64,000 bases of DNA from Basidiobolus meristosporus CBS 931.73 (taxonomy: Eukaryota > Fungi > Basidiobolomycota). The notes under the pieces are model-generated. The model was not told the DNA's origin, made no database searches, and worked only from the letters and a program-made list of their open reading frames with translations. The stretch spans positions 1 to 64,000 of the forward strand of contig MCFE01000050.1 of NCBI GenBank assembly GCA_002104905.1. The letters run 5' to 3'. Each line of letters opens with the position of its first letter. Position 1 is the first letter of the stretch. Shown in pieces: positions 42,359-54,048 of the stretch. The position numbers and the translations under genes were made by a program.

Positions 42359-45300
42359 ATGCCGAACCTTAACTCTACGCAAGGACCATTGACGGTCCAA
42401 GTAGGTACGTGTTTATTAATGTTCCGTGCGACATCTGTGAACACCGCCTAACTTCTCAATTCAGCTGTCCGAGTTAGACCTGTTCAGCCCAATGAACGTC
42501 TTAAAGGCACTCGCGGAAATACCGAAGTTCTAGCATATACACCAGAAGCCCCCATCGTCAGTGTTATTCCACACAATCGCCAATTTACTTATGATCACGT
42601 CTTCGGCCCGGATGCCGGACAAAGTGATATATATTCCCAAAGTGTCCTACAACTTATGGATAAATTTACTCAAGGTATACCACTACAAATACTTTGGCTT
42701 TCAGTGTTGGTGATATTAATCCCTCTGTTTGATAGGTTTCAATGCCACCATCCTGGCATATGTAAGTCTCTTCGTATCCCTTAGAGGCTAAGAAGGGCTT
42801 TGCTAATCTTGGAACACTCTTCGTAGGGACAAACTTCTTCCGGAAAAACCTTTACCATGGGAACTGGTTCCCGTAGGCATACCAATACCGAAGCCCAAGG
42901 TTAGCACCCATTTTCTAAACGAAACTGTTTCATATACTCAAGGTTTTGTTGGTTAGGAATTATTCCTCGTGCGGTGAGCACTCTGTTCGACGTTCTGAAT
43001 AATTCTCCGGGAAATTATCAAGTTCGGGTATCGTACTTGGAGATCTATAACGAAGAGTTGATTGATCTGTTGGCTGCTTATGAGGGGCTACGTTCTCAAA
43101 TCAATATTCGTGAGGATCCTCGAGGTAACATATATTGGACCGGGGTGAAGGAGGCTGTTGTTCACTCTGCAGATGACGTTCTCAAGTAATCAAGTTTCCG
43201 GTAGTCATTTTTTGCTTCCTCACGTCTAACTCAAAATGCCACTTCAGTTATCTTGAGTGCGGTTCCCTTGCTCGTCAAACCGGTGCCACCGAAATGAATG
43301 AGAAATCTTCTCGTTCGCATGCCATTTTTTCCATCAGTTTGCGCCAAGAAAAGATAGTTGATTCTGACGTGATGAACCCTTCAACTCCGACTTCACCAAC
43401 CTTCGGCAAGAGGCCCACATCTTTAAATGATGGCGACAAGATGGTACTGAATTCCAAATTTCATTTCGTTGATTTGGCAGGCTCCGAAAGAGTACGTATT
43501 GATGTGGGTTGGCATATGTACCCTAGCACAACTTAACCGGAATTCTTTTGCGAGTAGCTTAAGAGAACCAATGCCATCGGTGAACGTGCCAAAGAAGGAA
43601 TCAGTATCAACGCTGGTCTATTAGCCTTAGGAAACGTAATCTCTGCTCTTGGTGACCAATCCAAGAAAACACCACATGTCCCATACAGAGGTAACGGCTT
43701 CTTTTCTTTATTCAAGTAGGGGACATGCTAACCTTCCTTCTATTTAGATTCGAAGCTCACCAGATTGCTTCAAGATTCTCTCGGGGGAAACAGCTATACG
43801 TTGATGATTGCCTGTGTCTCTCCAGTAGAATCTAACCTGAATGAAACTCTTGTATGTTGTCTGGAATCCGTGGCAGTATATAGAGCAGATTGGCTAACAC
43901 TCCTTTTTTAATTGGTGTTGTATAGAATACGCTTCAGTATGCCAATCGGGCAAGAAATATTAAGAACCAGGTTGTCTTAAACTCGGAGCTCTCGGGGGAT
44001 GTCGATTATCTCCGCTCTCTAGTAAGGAAACTCAAGTCAGAGCTCAGATCCATCAAAGGGGAAAGCCGAGTATCGGATGGTAAAGTATTTGTTCCTAGCC
44101 AGAAGTTTGCAGTTGCATTTACTCACATCGTGCTTGTTTTCGCATCGTAGAAATGGGTACAATTTCTCCGGAGCAAGAGAGCGTTATTGCTGCTCTGAAA
44201 ATTCGTACAGAAACCCTTGAGCAAGACCTTCTGCAGGTGGACAATAACTACAACAGCCTATTGCAACACTACAATCAGGCATGCTTCGACCTAGCTAAGC
44301 TACGAGCTGAACACCAGCAACTTAAGAAGCGCATAGCTCGTGAAAAAGATGCATCCGATGACTTCCAAAAAGATGTGGAACCGATCATTGAAGAGTACGA
44401 GAAATACATCGAGACTTTGGAGGGTCAACTTCAGGATGCCCGTTTCACAGCTGAGAATGCTGAGATTAATGTCCGCGTTAGCCTGACTAAATTGAAAGCT
44501 GCGCAATCCGAGAATGAGCTGAATGAGGTTACTCTGGCCGAATTGAAAGCCCAGCTAGCTCATGTTGAAGATGAATACGCAGATGCCGTAGAGCAGATCG
44601 AGGACTTGAAAAACCGGATCATTGAGACCAGGAAGATTCAGTCTGAAGGTGTCCAGGGTATTGATGATTATTTGAAAACGATCGAGGAGCTTCAGCAAAA
44701 GCTTGAACAATCCGAGAGAGTCGAAAAGGAGCATCAACTGAAAGTGGAAGAGCTTGAGGAGAAGCTAAGCCAATCAATCCAACAGGCACAAGAAAGTGCC
44801 CGTTTGGCCGAATCCCTACTGGTACAGCTGAACGAATCCAAAAGCCGCATTGAAGCTTTGGAAAAAGATTTATCGGAGGTGCAAGTTCCTGAGGATTATT
44901 CCAAAAAGCTACAGGAGGCGGAAAACCGCAATCAGAGCTACGTCAAAGAGATCCACGAGCTTGAGGATGCGCTAGCACAAGCCAAGCACGACTCGATTCA
45001 AGTGCGAAGCGAACCGGCTGAAGTGGAGAAATTGACGAGTGAGATGACAAGCCTTAAAGAGGTTATCGACGCACTCGAAGCAGATAAACTGGAACTTAAT
45101 GCAGTCATCCAAACGCTAAACGCGGAGAAATGTCAACGCGATCAAGACCACCAAGCGAGTGAACAAAGAATCACAGGCCTAGAAGCAACGATCACTTCCT
45201 TAGAGAATGAGAAAGCTTCATTGGAGGATGCCAAGCAGAAGTTGGAAAAAGATTTAGCAGCGCTGAACTCGGATCACCAACGCTCTGAGGCATTCAGTAG

Positions 45301-46840
45301 CCAGATACAATCATTGGAAAGCACCATTGATGAACTGACCAAGCAAAATGAGGATTATCGAAACTCTATGGCGACATTGGAGAAGACCAACGAGCAGCTC
45401 AAATCAAAGATGGAGGAGGAGCTCACTCTGACAAGAGATAATAGCGCTCATGAGATTGAAGAATTTAAAGCACAGATTGTGTCTTTGGAAGCTTTGGTTG
45501 CCTCAACGAACTCCGAGAAGGAGAAGCTGGCCTCGATTGTTACCAAACTTGAGGAATCTCAAAAGGCATTGGAGCAAGATCTAAACAGCCGCATTGAGGT
45601 CAGCCATACCGAGTCCCAGGAGAAAGAAGGCTCTTTAAGTGAGCGTATAGCCGCTCTGGAGAGCATTCAAAAAACCCTCGAGGACAGCAACAAGGCCTAT
45701 AGTGAAGACATCAAGACTATGGAGCAATACATTGGAGAACTCGACGAGAAAAACCGAAACCTCGCTGAAGAGATTATTCAGCTACGGTACAAGTCGGAGA
45801 GTGGTGTGAGCGAAGAGGAGATGAACATATTGGTGGCCCAGATTGAGGAGCTAAACTTAACCAATGAGGCACTTCACCAGCGCCTGTCTCTCACAGATGA
45901 GCAAGCCTCAAACTACGTGAAGCTTAGTTCGGAAGTGAAAGACCTGACTGACCTCATAAATCAGCTGGAAAAAGAGAACAAAGACCTTAGCGCTGGAAAC
46001 GTCAAGTACTCTCAGAATATCTCTGAACTGGAAGCTCAGGTAGCTGAATTGAGGCAACATCCAGCCAAATCCATCTCACCCGAATCACCCCCCACACCAT
46101 CACCCCGGTCTTTTTTCTCGGAGGCGACCTTTGATCAACGTCAATCAACCGGCGGGGACGTAGATCAAATGGTCGCGACCCTCCGCACCAAACTTTCGGA
46201 GAATGAAAGTATCATCGAGCAGCAGACTAAACTAATCAAGAAGCAGGAGGAGAAAATTGGCGATCTCGAGCGTAAAATCCTCGATGTCAATCAAGAATTG
46301 AATCGTCCAGTCTCCTGCAAGAACATCGATGCGTCTGCTGTCTCTCCACCGCCGGTCCCCCCTCCATCCATCCCACCACCCATTTTAGCCACTGACATTC
46401 TTCAGAGTGACTCTGCTGCTCTTTCATCGACCCCACCTTCTCCAAAGCCCTCCAGGGCCCAATCGCCACCAGTGACTCAGGACAAGAATGAAACACTGAC
46501 GCTTCGTTCGAAGGTAGTTGGTCTGGAGAAGGATTTGGAAGTCCACGTGCAGACCATTGGAAACTTGGAGCAAACGCTGTCAGAGAGTGAAGCACGTCAA
46601 AACGAACTCCAAGCCACTATCAATGATTTGCAGAAGAATGTTGGAGACCATGTGGCGCAGAACGAGAAACTAGGTAGATCCATTGACGAGTTGAAGATGA
46701 AGGTCGAGAGCGCTCGCAAGGAGTTGGAGCAAGAGCGTGCCAAAGGAGACAGTCTGGCTCAGAGGAATACCATGCTGGAAGCAAGAATTGAGGAATTGCT
46801 CGTGGAGGCGAGGAAGAAGAGCAAATTCCTGTGTTTCTGA
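42359..46840 (+). CDS. Kinesin-4-like motor (KIF4/KIF21/KIF27-type) with a long coiled-coil tail
   Basis: [93 protein letters not shown]. The ~2.7 kb last exon is coiled coil ending RKKSKFLCF. Confidence 0.93.
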
Positions 46841-47578
46841 GTCCACTCTTGCCATTCACCCGTTGATAATTTTGATGTTTTTGTAATCGTAATTTTTAGA
46901 ACCGGATTTAATCCCTGTACCTACGACCTACGCTATGACCTACACAGTTTAACTAATCCACCACATACTTGTCATGGCTGGACTCAGTGCCCAGATATTT
47001 GTTTACCCACCAACAATCCCCATCGCCATCACTCTGCTTTCTTGAAATAAACGAGTCTTCCCAGATGGGATGCCCCAGCCAAACCAAAGCAACCTAACCA
47101 GATAAGGATTGGCCGAATGTGAAGTCATTCTAGAACGTATGACAATAGTATGAGCCGCAATGCCCAAAAATAGCCCCGGCATCATGGTTGCGTATCCGCC
47201 GCGAATTCCATTCATCCTACATGATGACAATGACTTGCTGGATTTAGGAAATCTATGATTACAAGGGAGATGACAAGTGTCACGAAGGAAATTTTATTTA
47301 TTTGATTTGATGGGAACAGTCACCTGCCGATGAAGCCGAGCATGGGAGGGGGGTTGGTGGGCTTTCAATTTTATTGATCCGCTTTCCAGTGGGGCAAGAG
47401 TACAGAGGGGGATGCTAAAGCTTTCCTTATTAGCAGTCTCGATATGTTGTAGAGGATAGACTAGTACTGTGTGGAGATTATTGGATGAAAAGACCTGAAA
47501 AACTTTAACAACATGCTTGGGTTTCCAATAAAGTTCGGCTCATAGTTTATAATAATGAAAGATACTAGACGGTTCGAT

Positions 47579-48633
47579 TTACACAGTGCCTTCAGGTGTG
47601 GCGAGCATGACAGCCTCAAGCTTGCGTACTCGAATGTACTCAGATGTGGACCGGATGATCAAGAACCATCCAAGGATCATCATGAGGTAGGAGAGCCACA
47701 CACTGTGGAGTGGCCCGTCTTCCTGTGGCTCTTCCGAATCTATATCGCCCACTTGTGGTGTTCGTAGGTAAAAACCGAATTGAACCAGGGTAAATCCGAG
47801 ACCAGCAGTAGACCCGTTCTAGATGTTTCGCGCATAATCAGTAAAATGTCCATCTTGGTGATTGTCTTGGAGTGCTTACCTTTGAAGCATGTGAAGTGTG
47901 GAGCAGGTAGGTCAACAAGAATCCAACAAACTGGAAGCACATTGATACTAAGGAGGGATTAGGAGAGGTCAAATCATGGAGTGTATCGAATCCACTTACC
48001 AAGCATACTCCATAAGAATGAGAAAATGTTACCGACTGGTAATCCCTCTACGAAATACTCGTCTCCTGATGGAGCGATCAGGGCATTACCATAGTATGCT
48101 GGTGCGGAATCCCGAGAGGCTTCTTCGTAGCTCTATATTACCTCGTAGTTAGCAAAGAGTATAAACACGGGTATTATCTTTTAAATGAAGGTCTTTACCG
48201 GCAAGTTTTCAGTTTTGGTTGACTCAGTCGATGGCTTGGCTGGGATGTTGGCAAACACGCCATCATTCGAGACGGGAAGAATAGCAGGGTGGTCATGTCT
48301 ACTGGCGCTTTGGGCTTCAGAAGAAGAGGGGGTTTGAGGTTGCTCGTTAACAGCAATCTCTATTGCGTCCACTTGGGAATTATGTGAAGTAGAAGGAGTG
48401 ATTTCATGTGAAGGAGGCTCCGCGATTTCTTCAGCATCTATCTCATGCTCTTCATTATCTCTATGCTCATCGTGAATTAGAGTAGAATTCTCGGAAGTAG
48501 AGGCTTCTGTGTCATCCAATTCCTGAGTTGGAATCTGAAGATTGGAAAGGATTAGTTCACTGCACACATCCGGCAGGAAGGAAAGGGGACTAACTTGCTG
48601 ATATTTCTCGGGTTTCGTCTGCTTTGGAGCCAT
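47579..48633 (-). CDS. BSD2: BSD2 / NDFIP-like Rsp5-NEDD4 adaptor (DUF2370), multi-exon
   Basis: NDGVFANIPAKP, PY-type LPSYEEA, EGLPVGNIFSFLWSML|VSMCFQFVGFLLTYLLHTSHASK|NGSTAGLGFTLVQFG, WLSYLMMILGWFLIIRS, stop at 47579-47581. Confidence 0.85.
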
Positions 48634-48939
48634 ATATGGGTTGGGGGTTTAGTTATGCGCTGGACAAGTAAAAAAATGTATATGTGAGAGAAGGGACAAG
48701 GAAAGGATTAGAAACAAGACGGTCAAAAAAGATGAAACAGATACAGAAAGTGTAAAGAGATAAGAAAATTTCCTACCGCAGAGGGGACCACCCGACATTT
48801 ATGGACGCCAAATCAAGCTTGACTGTTGATTGGATCACCCATTTCAGTACCCCGATCTTCATTCCAGAAATACCTCTCGGACACTCGGCCAGTCGCCTCA
48901 TAGAGCTACAGAGATGAATCAGGAGAGATTAGTAATAAT

Positions 48940-49488
48940 TCAAAATGATTCAATAGTCCCTCCGCCAACATTCGTATGGAGATTAAGCCGTGGAATATTC
49001 TGAGCCATCCGAAAAACATCGATATTTCCGCAGAATTCCTTCACCATACCGACGGACGCGGTGTAAGTTTTAATGCATGCATAAGACATTGTTCTGATGG
49101 ATGAAGCATCTGGTTCCACGGTGCCACTAGCCATCTTGGCGTCCCAAACTGGACATCCATCAACAAACGTTAGATTAGCCGGATTCATGGAAATGGTTAT
49201 ATTTGGCGTGGCTATTTCATGGATTTCATGGATTGCGTGGATTTCCTCGATTTCCTTGATATACTCATACAAGTTTCATCAAGTTTCTGTATCTATCCTG
49301 TTCCCATGGCCAAAACAAGAAAAGGGAAGTACCCAGAACTTTAATTCTGTGCATACATTGTTGTTTCTGTCTGTATGCCGTTGATATGCCACTGATATGT
49401 CGTTGGGAATAATACATGAATTGTTATCTATTGCTCCATAGCCGGGTTTCTCAACAACCCAATCCAACTGCCCCTCAACCTTCTATAG
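48940..49488 (-). pseudogene. Unidentified interrupted reading frame (possible gene or TE remnant)
   Basis: ORFs 49279-49467 and 48940-49272 are in the same frame, separated only by TGA TGA AAC. No domain recognised. Confidence 0.25.
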
Positions 49489-50109
49489 CAACTACTGTTT
49501 GTGTGTAGTTGAATGCGTAATCTCCAAGAGACGAGAACATTGAGGCGTTGAACACTCGTAGCTGTAAGGCCTTCAACTTAGGCCTCCAAGAGTTTTCACA
49601 GAGTTTCTACTTCAGGAAATATTAAAATCTACGCAACTCGCCTCCAAAACCCAAAAATATTCGTGGACTTGTCGTCAAGCTTAGCTGAGAGCTGCCGGGC
49701 CTTGACTAAATAGCCCCAGTCTCTGTTTAATGGACCCAACTTGGATTCTGTCCTCCGCACAACCAGTTTAAAGCAAAACAAGTTGATATGGGTGAAGCTT
49801 GCCCATCAACTTGGCTGGACTACTTGAAGTAAAGAGCCATGTGACACTCGAGATCACCTCGTATCACTACCTCTCCTATAGTTGATTAAATGACTTGCCT
49901 CTTTGTACTAGGAATCGGTTGCCTACGCTTGCGATATCAAAATAGAAATTGGCTTGATGCTTTCTCTCAAATCTGGTAATATCCAGACAATAAGCTTTTT
50001 TATTGTATTCAAAAATGAACTTGATGTTGAAGTGACAATGCGAAAGAATGTACATTGTTGGTCAGATAAAGTGGAATCAGAGTGATGTGACGACTTGAGC
50101 AGTTTCTGG

Positions 50110-50808
50110 TCAATGATTTTCAGTTGGCTTTTTCTTGTCTGACTTCTTGTGGAATATCATTAGGGTATTCCTTCCGTGATTGACTGGCCCTTTAACCAAC
50201 GTTCCATGTTCTTCAAGGCTATCAATGATTCCGGTTATCAGCTCGGATTTATGGTCTCGGTCGTTTCTGAGTGACCCCTTGTTGGAAATAACTACTTGAA
50301 GACGGTTACCCTTTTCTAATATCTCGCTAGCTTTCTTGAGCTTATGCTCCAAATCGTGGATAGAGACGCTAGCTCCGATTTGGACTTCCTTCAAAACCGC
50401 CTCGGGTGAGGTTTTACTCTTCAACTTGGCTTCCTTCTTCTTTTCATAGAGCTGCTTTTTTGACACTATGCGACAAATGGGCGGTTTGGAGGTGGGGTCC
50501 ACCTCAACCAGAAAGTACGATTCTCTATCGATTCCTTGCAATGCTTGCTCTTTAGTCACAATCCCTTGCATTTTACCCGTCTCATCGATGAACTGGATAA
50601 AATTGGAATCTATCTCTTCATCACGACGAGGTCGATTCTCTTTTGGTGCTAGGGTAGGAGACACCGAGCTCAAATTACGGGAGAATACAGGAATTCCAGC
50701 AGGAAGGCCTCGAGGTGAACGCACGGCAGAATTGCAGAGGGGGCGAGAGAAGCTCGCTAGTACATATGGTTTAGTACCGAGTACACGAAGCAGTGGGGCA
50801 ATGTTCAT
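50110..50808 (-). CDS. Mitochondrial translation initiation factor IF-3
   Basis: Intronless. Transit-like N-terminus, RRDEEI...IQFIDETGKMQGIV..EQAL...YFLVEV....PPICRI, KEVQI...VSIHDLEHKLKKA.EILEKGNRLQVVI. First ATG at 50808. Confidence 0.88.
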   Translation of the reverse strand: MNIAPLLRVLGTKPYVLASFSRPLCNSAVRSPRGLPAGIPVFSRNLSSVSPTLAPKENRPRRDEEIDSNFIQFIDETGKMQGIVTKEQALQGIDRESYFLVEVDPTSKPPICRIVSKKQLYEKKKEAKLKSKTSPEAVLKEVQIGASVSIHDLEHKLKKASEILEKGNRLQVVISNKGSLRNDRDHKSELITGIIDSLEEHGTLVKGPVNHGRNTLMIFHKKSDKKKPTENH

Positions 50809-51113
50809 TACTATTCTCAAGAGGAGGTTACGTAGAGTACCTACTTAATTTTTCGTGGACTACTTTGTAAACTTGATGACCTTATCACATGATCCCTCCT
50901 TAGGATCTAGGAGCATTCAAGCCATCTAAACGAATCCTTCATAAAAATTGCAATTAAACTTGCGATCCACATTGCTCGAGACCATCTCTTTGAAAAGAAC
51001 AAGCGTATGGAAAGCTCAATGAAATAAAAATTCCGATAATTTCTCAGCAGTCACAATTTACTTAAAAAAAATCCCTCAAGTGAAAAAGTCACCTCACTTG
51101 GAAGAATATAGAG

Positions 51114-51982
51114 ATGGCAAAGAGAAAGCAGAGAGTGCAGAAGGTAATCGTAGATTCTAAACAAGCACAACACAACCGAATAGGCTTATTCACCTCCGAT
51201 TAGGCTAAAAATGATCCTGTAGAGGTGGTAGAGGCGCCCGTAGAGGATGATAGCGAAGTAAAATTTTCGATATGCCTGACAATTCCTTCATTTTCCTGTA
51301 CCAACATCGTTTTACTTTTACTATAAGGATGTCGAACCTACTCCTTTGGATGTGGAGAGTGATCAGGAAGTAGAGGTAGAACCAGAAGTGGAGCCTCCAA
51401 AGAAGAAAGGAAAGAAGGGAAAGAAATTTGCTGATCAGGTAGTTTTCCCTGTTTGTTTGATACGGCCACATGTCCAACCATGTTTACTTACTTGGTAAAC
51501 CCTGACTATAGTCAACCATGCTCAGCCTGATAGATCAAATAGCCGATGTTCAAGACGAGAAAATCGACAGGAAGCTGAAGAAGGAGGTCATTTCATGCCA
51601 ACTTCGTATTATTAACTTCATATCCTTGACTGAAACTCTTTTCCCTTATGAATGTAAAACAGGCGGAAATTCTGAATCACATAGAAAAGAAAGAGAGAGA
51701 ATCCGATTCGAAGCAAAAGTTAAAGAAAGAGAAACTTGTAAGTTTGTGATGCTCCGAACATTTTTTGGTGATAAATATTGAACGTTGCTTTCAGGAAATG
51801 ATGAAGCAGCAGCTCAAGCAAGGAAAACTGTTGAAAAAGCAACAAAAGAAGAAGCAGAAGAAGGCTGCCTAAACCACAGGTATGGCTATTTCAGTGGTGG
51901 TTCAACGAACACCCGGTTAACTGGATTGATTTAGTCGTCGAGCGAAACCCCAAAGGCCAAGAAAAGAGTCTCATTTGCCTAG
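51114..51982 (+). CDS. LOC1: Loc1-like 60S assembly/export protein, multi-exon, with an apparent 1-nt frameshift near the 3' end
   Basis: KKGKKFADQ|STMLSLIDQIADVQDEKIDRKL..E, lysine-rich tail, and a last exon SSSETPKAKKRVSFA*. The in-frame TAA at 51870-51872 precedes the last intron. Confidence 0.75.
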
Positions 51983-52098
51983 TTCACTGGTTGATAAATT
52001 TTGCCTAAATACGTTAATCAATAGAATAAATGAAGCACATCATACACTGCAGTTGGGAGTATTTTATTAAGCTTCGGATAGATATTAGATTTCTATAA

Positions 52099-53712
52099 TT
52101 AATTTTCGTATTGAACAAGTGCAACCTCTTCATAGTAGCCAAGGTCGGTAGAGGTGGTGTCGACGTCGGTCACGCCACCATGACAATCTTTCCCGCAAGA
52201 AAACACCATGATGGTGCCCCACTCCATTCCTAGATCGAACTTGTGGATCACGCCGTCACCGAGCTTCCTCATTTCCTCTTGGTTAAGATCCAGGTTAAAG
52301 GGGCTGTTCTCCGAAAACTTCTCGGTTGGTAGTTCGGAGAGTATGTTTGGCATCAGCTGGAATTCAAACACTCTCTCGCTGCTGCAATGTGGGCATTTCG
52401 GTACCTTGTGTGAGGAATAGTTGAGTGATTTTGGATTGCCAGAGGTGAGCAGGCCGGCGACCGTATCGCGATTTGTGTATAGCAATGGGTTGCCAGAAAA
52501 TTCATATCTCACGCATTGCTCGGGATACTCAGACACCACTTCGGTAAATCTCTTGAATGCCTTGTCGTAGCCCTTGGGCTTCCAGGATTTTTCGTAGGTT
52601 TCACCCTGCCAGGTTCCAGCATCCTCACCTTCCTCATCCAAGTCCTCTTGCACAAGATATTTGGAGTATTTTGAGAGATCGATCTTGGCACTGGGATCCT
52701 CCAGAACCTCCTCATCAATGTACAGATACTGAGCGGGGAATGCTGGAATCGATTTAAACCAAGCATTGGACTCTGCTGGTAGCAACGGAAAACTTAGCCA
52801 GTGATTAGGTGACTCGACAACCGGAAGGACTTTACCTGAAGCTGAAGGGGCGGTGTCGGTCTGGCTCGATTCCTCTACACTCTGTGCTTCATGATCGGCT
52901 TCCACACTTGGGGGATCACTGATCTTGAGTTCTTCGATATTGGGCAGCTCCGCATCAGCCTAACGTGAGCGCAATTAGTGTCGTTATCACACACCGTTTG
53001 TCAGCCAAACGACTACCAACCGAGAAAGGATTATCAAATGATCCAAATCCTCCACCAAATATCATGGAGCCGATATTGCTTGGAGCGGCGGCTGCTGGCT
53101 TGGCCTTGTTTTTCTTGGCCTCTTTTTGCTTCAGCTTTTGGATATAGCTCTCGTCTACCAGATGCCCGCGAAATACTCGGAAACTACGAAATTATGATAT
53201 ATTCGAGCAATAATAAGGTGAAAAGCGAGCATACCTTCCGGGCTTTTGCATGCATTTTCTCTTGTTGCAACCCCAGACATACATAACTCGATGGAAAGCA
53301 GACCAATCGAGCGGCACATATGCTTGAAGAAGTAGGAACATTGGATCTTTGCAACACTGACAAACTGCTGTATCTACTGGAGCCGGGCTACTGCTGTCCA
53401 GCCAAACCTGAAAGATTACCCCGAGCCGGTGAGTGGTGTATACTCGGAAAGTAAAGTGGTGAAAGAACATACCGGTCTGCCCCCAATTTTTGTCGTGTAA
53501 GCATCAGTATCAAGGCTTTCGGGCAATGCACCATCGGGAAAACCAAGCAGTGTAGGTTGTTTGGGCTTTTCTTTTTTGTGTTCCTTCTGTTTGCCCTTGG
53601 GGGTTTGAGTCTTCGTCCTGTTACTCTTAACCGATTTGTTGGGCGTATCAAGCGGAGTTTTCGCCTGGTTAGGCTTCTTTGGTGTGGAGCTGGCTTTGTT
53701 GGCGTTAGACAT
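52099..53712 (-). CDS. TSR4: Tsr4 / PDCD2-like uS5 chaperone, multi-exon
   Basis: LLGFPDG...TKIGGRP|VWL, C..C..PMFLLLQAYVPL..FHRVMYVWGC, FKRFTEVVSEYPEQCVRY, C.HC...RVFEFQLMP, MEWGTIMVFSC. Confidence 0.9.
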
Positions 53713-54048
53713 AGTATCTACAAGCAAGATTCTCCTGCAACGCTGAGACCCAAATACTCTGGGAAAAAGAAACAAAAAATGAAAGCATCTCCTCGATATA
53801 TGCATCTCCTCAAAAAAGAGCCAATGTCAAGCAACACTGAATTAACCATTTCGTTCAGGGATTTAAACACCTTTCACTAGATATGGAAATTCTTAATTGA
53901 TATCTACGATTTCCAATAGCTTTGTTTACAGCAAACAAATGAATTCTGTTTTCTTCAATAGTAACGTTATTTACGACGTTATCGGTGCGCATCATATCTT
54001 AGGTTGCATTTCTTTTCTATTCGCTTCAAACACAAAGTACTGAGAGTA

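Noticed and set aside
47560-47600. GGTTCGA T-loop-like motifs here and near 63460 as tRNA genes
   Set aside because: No cloverleaf or A-box; the first overlaps the BSD2 stop region.
49276-49281. Selenocysteine recoding of the tandem TGA codons
   Set aside because: No redox motif context, no recognisable selenoprotein family, and no SECIS identifiable by eye.
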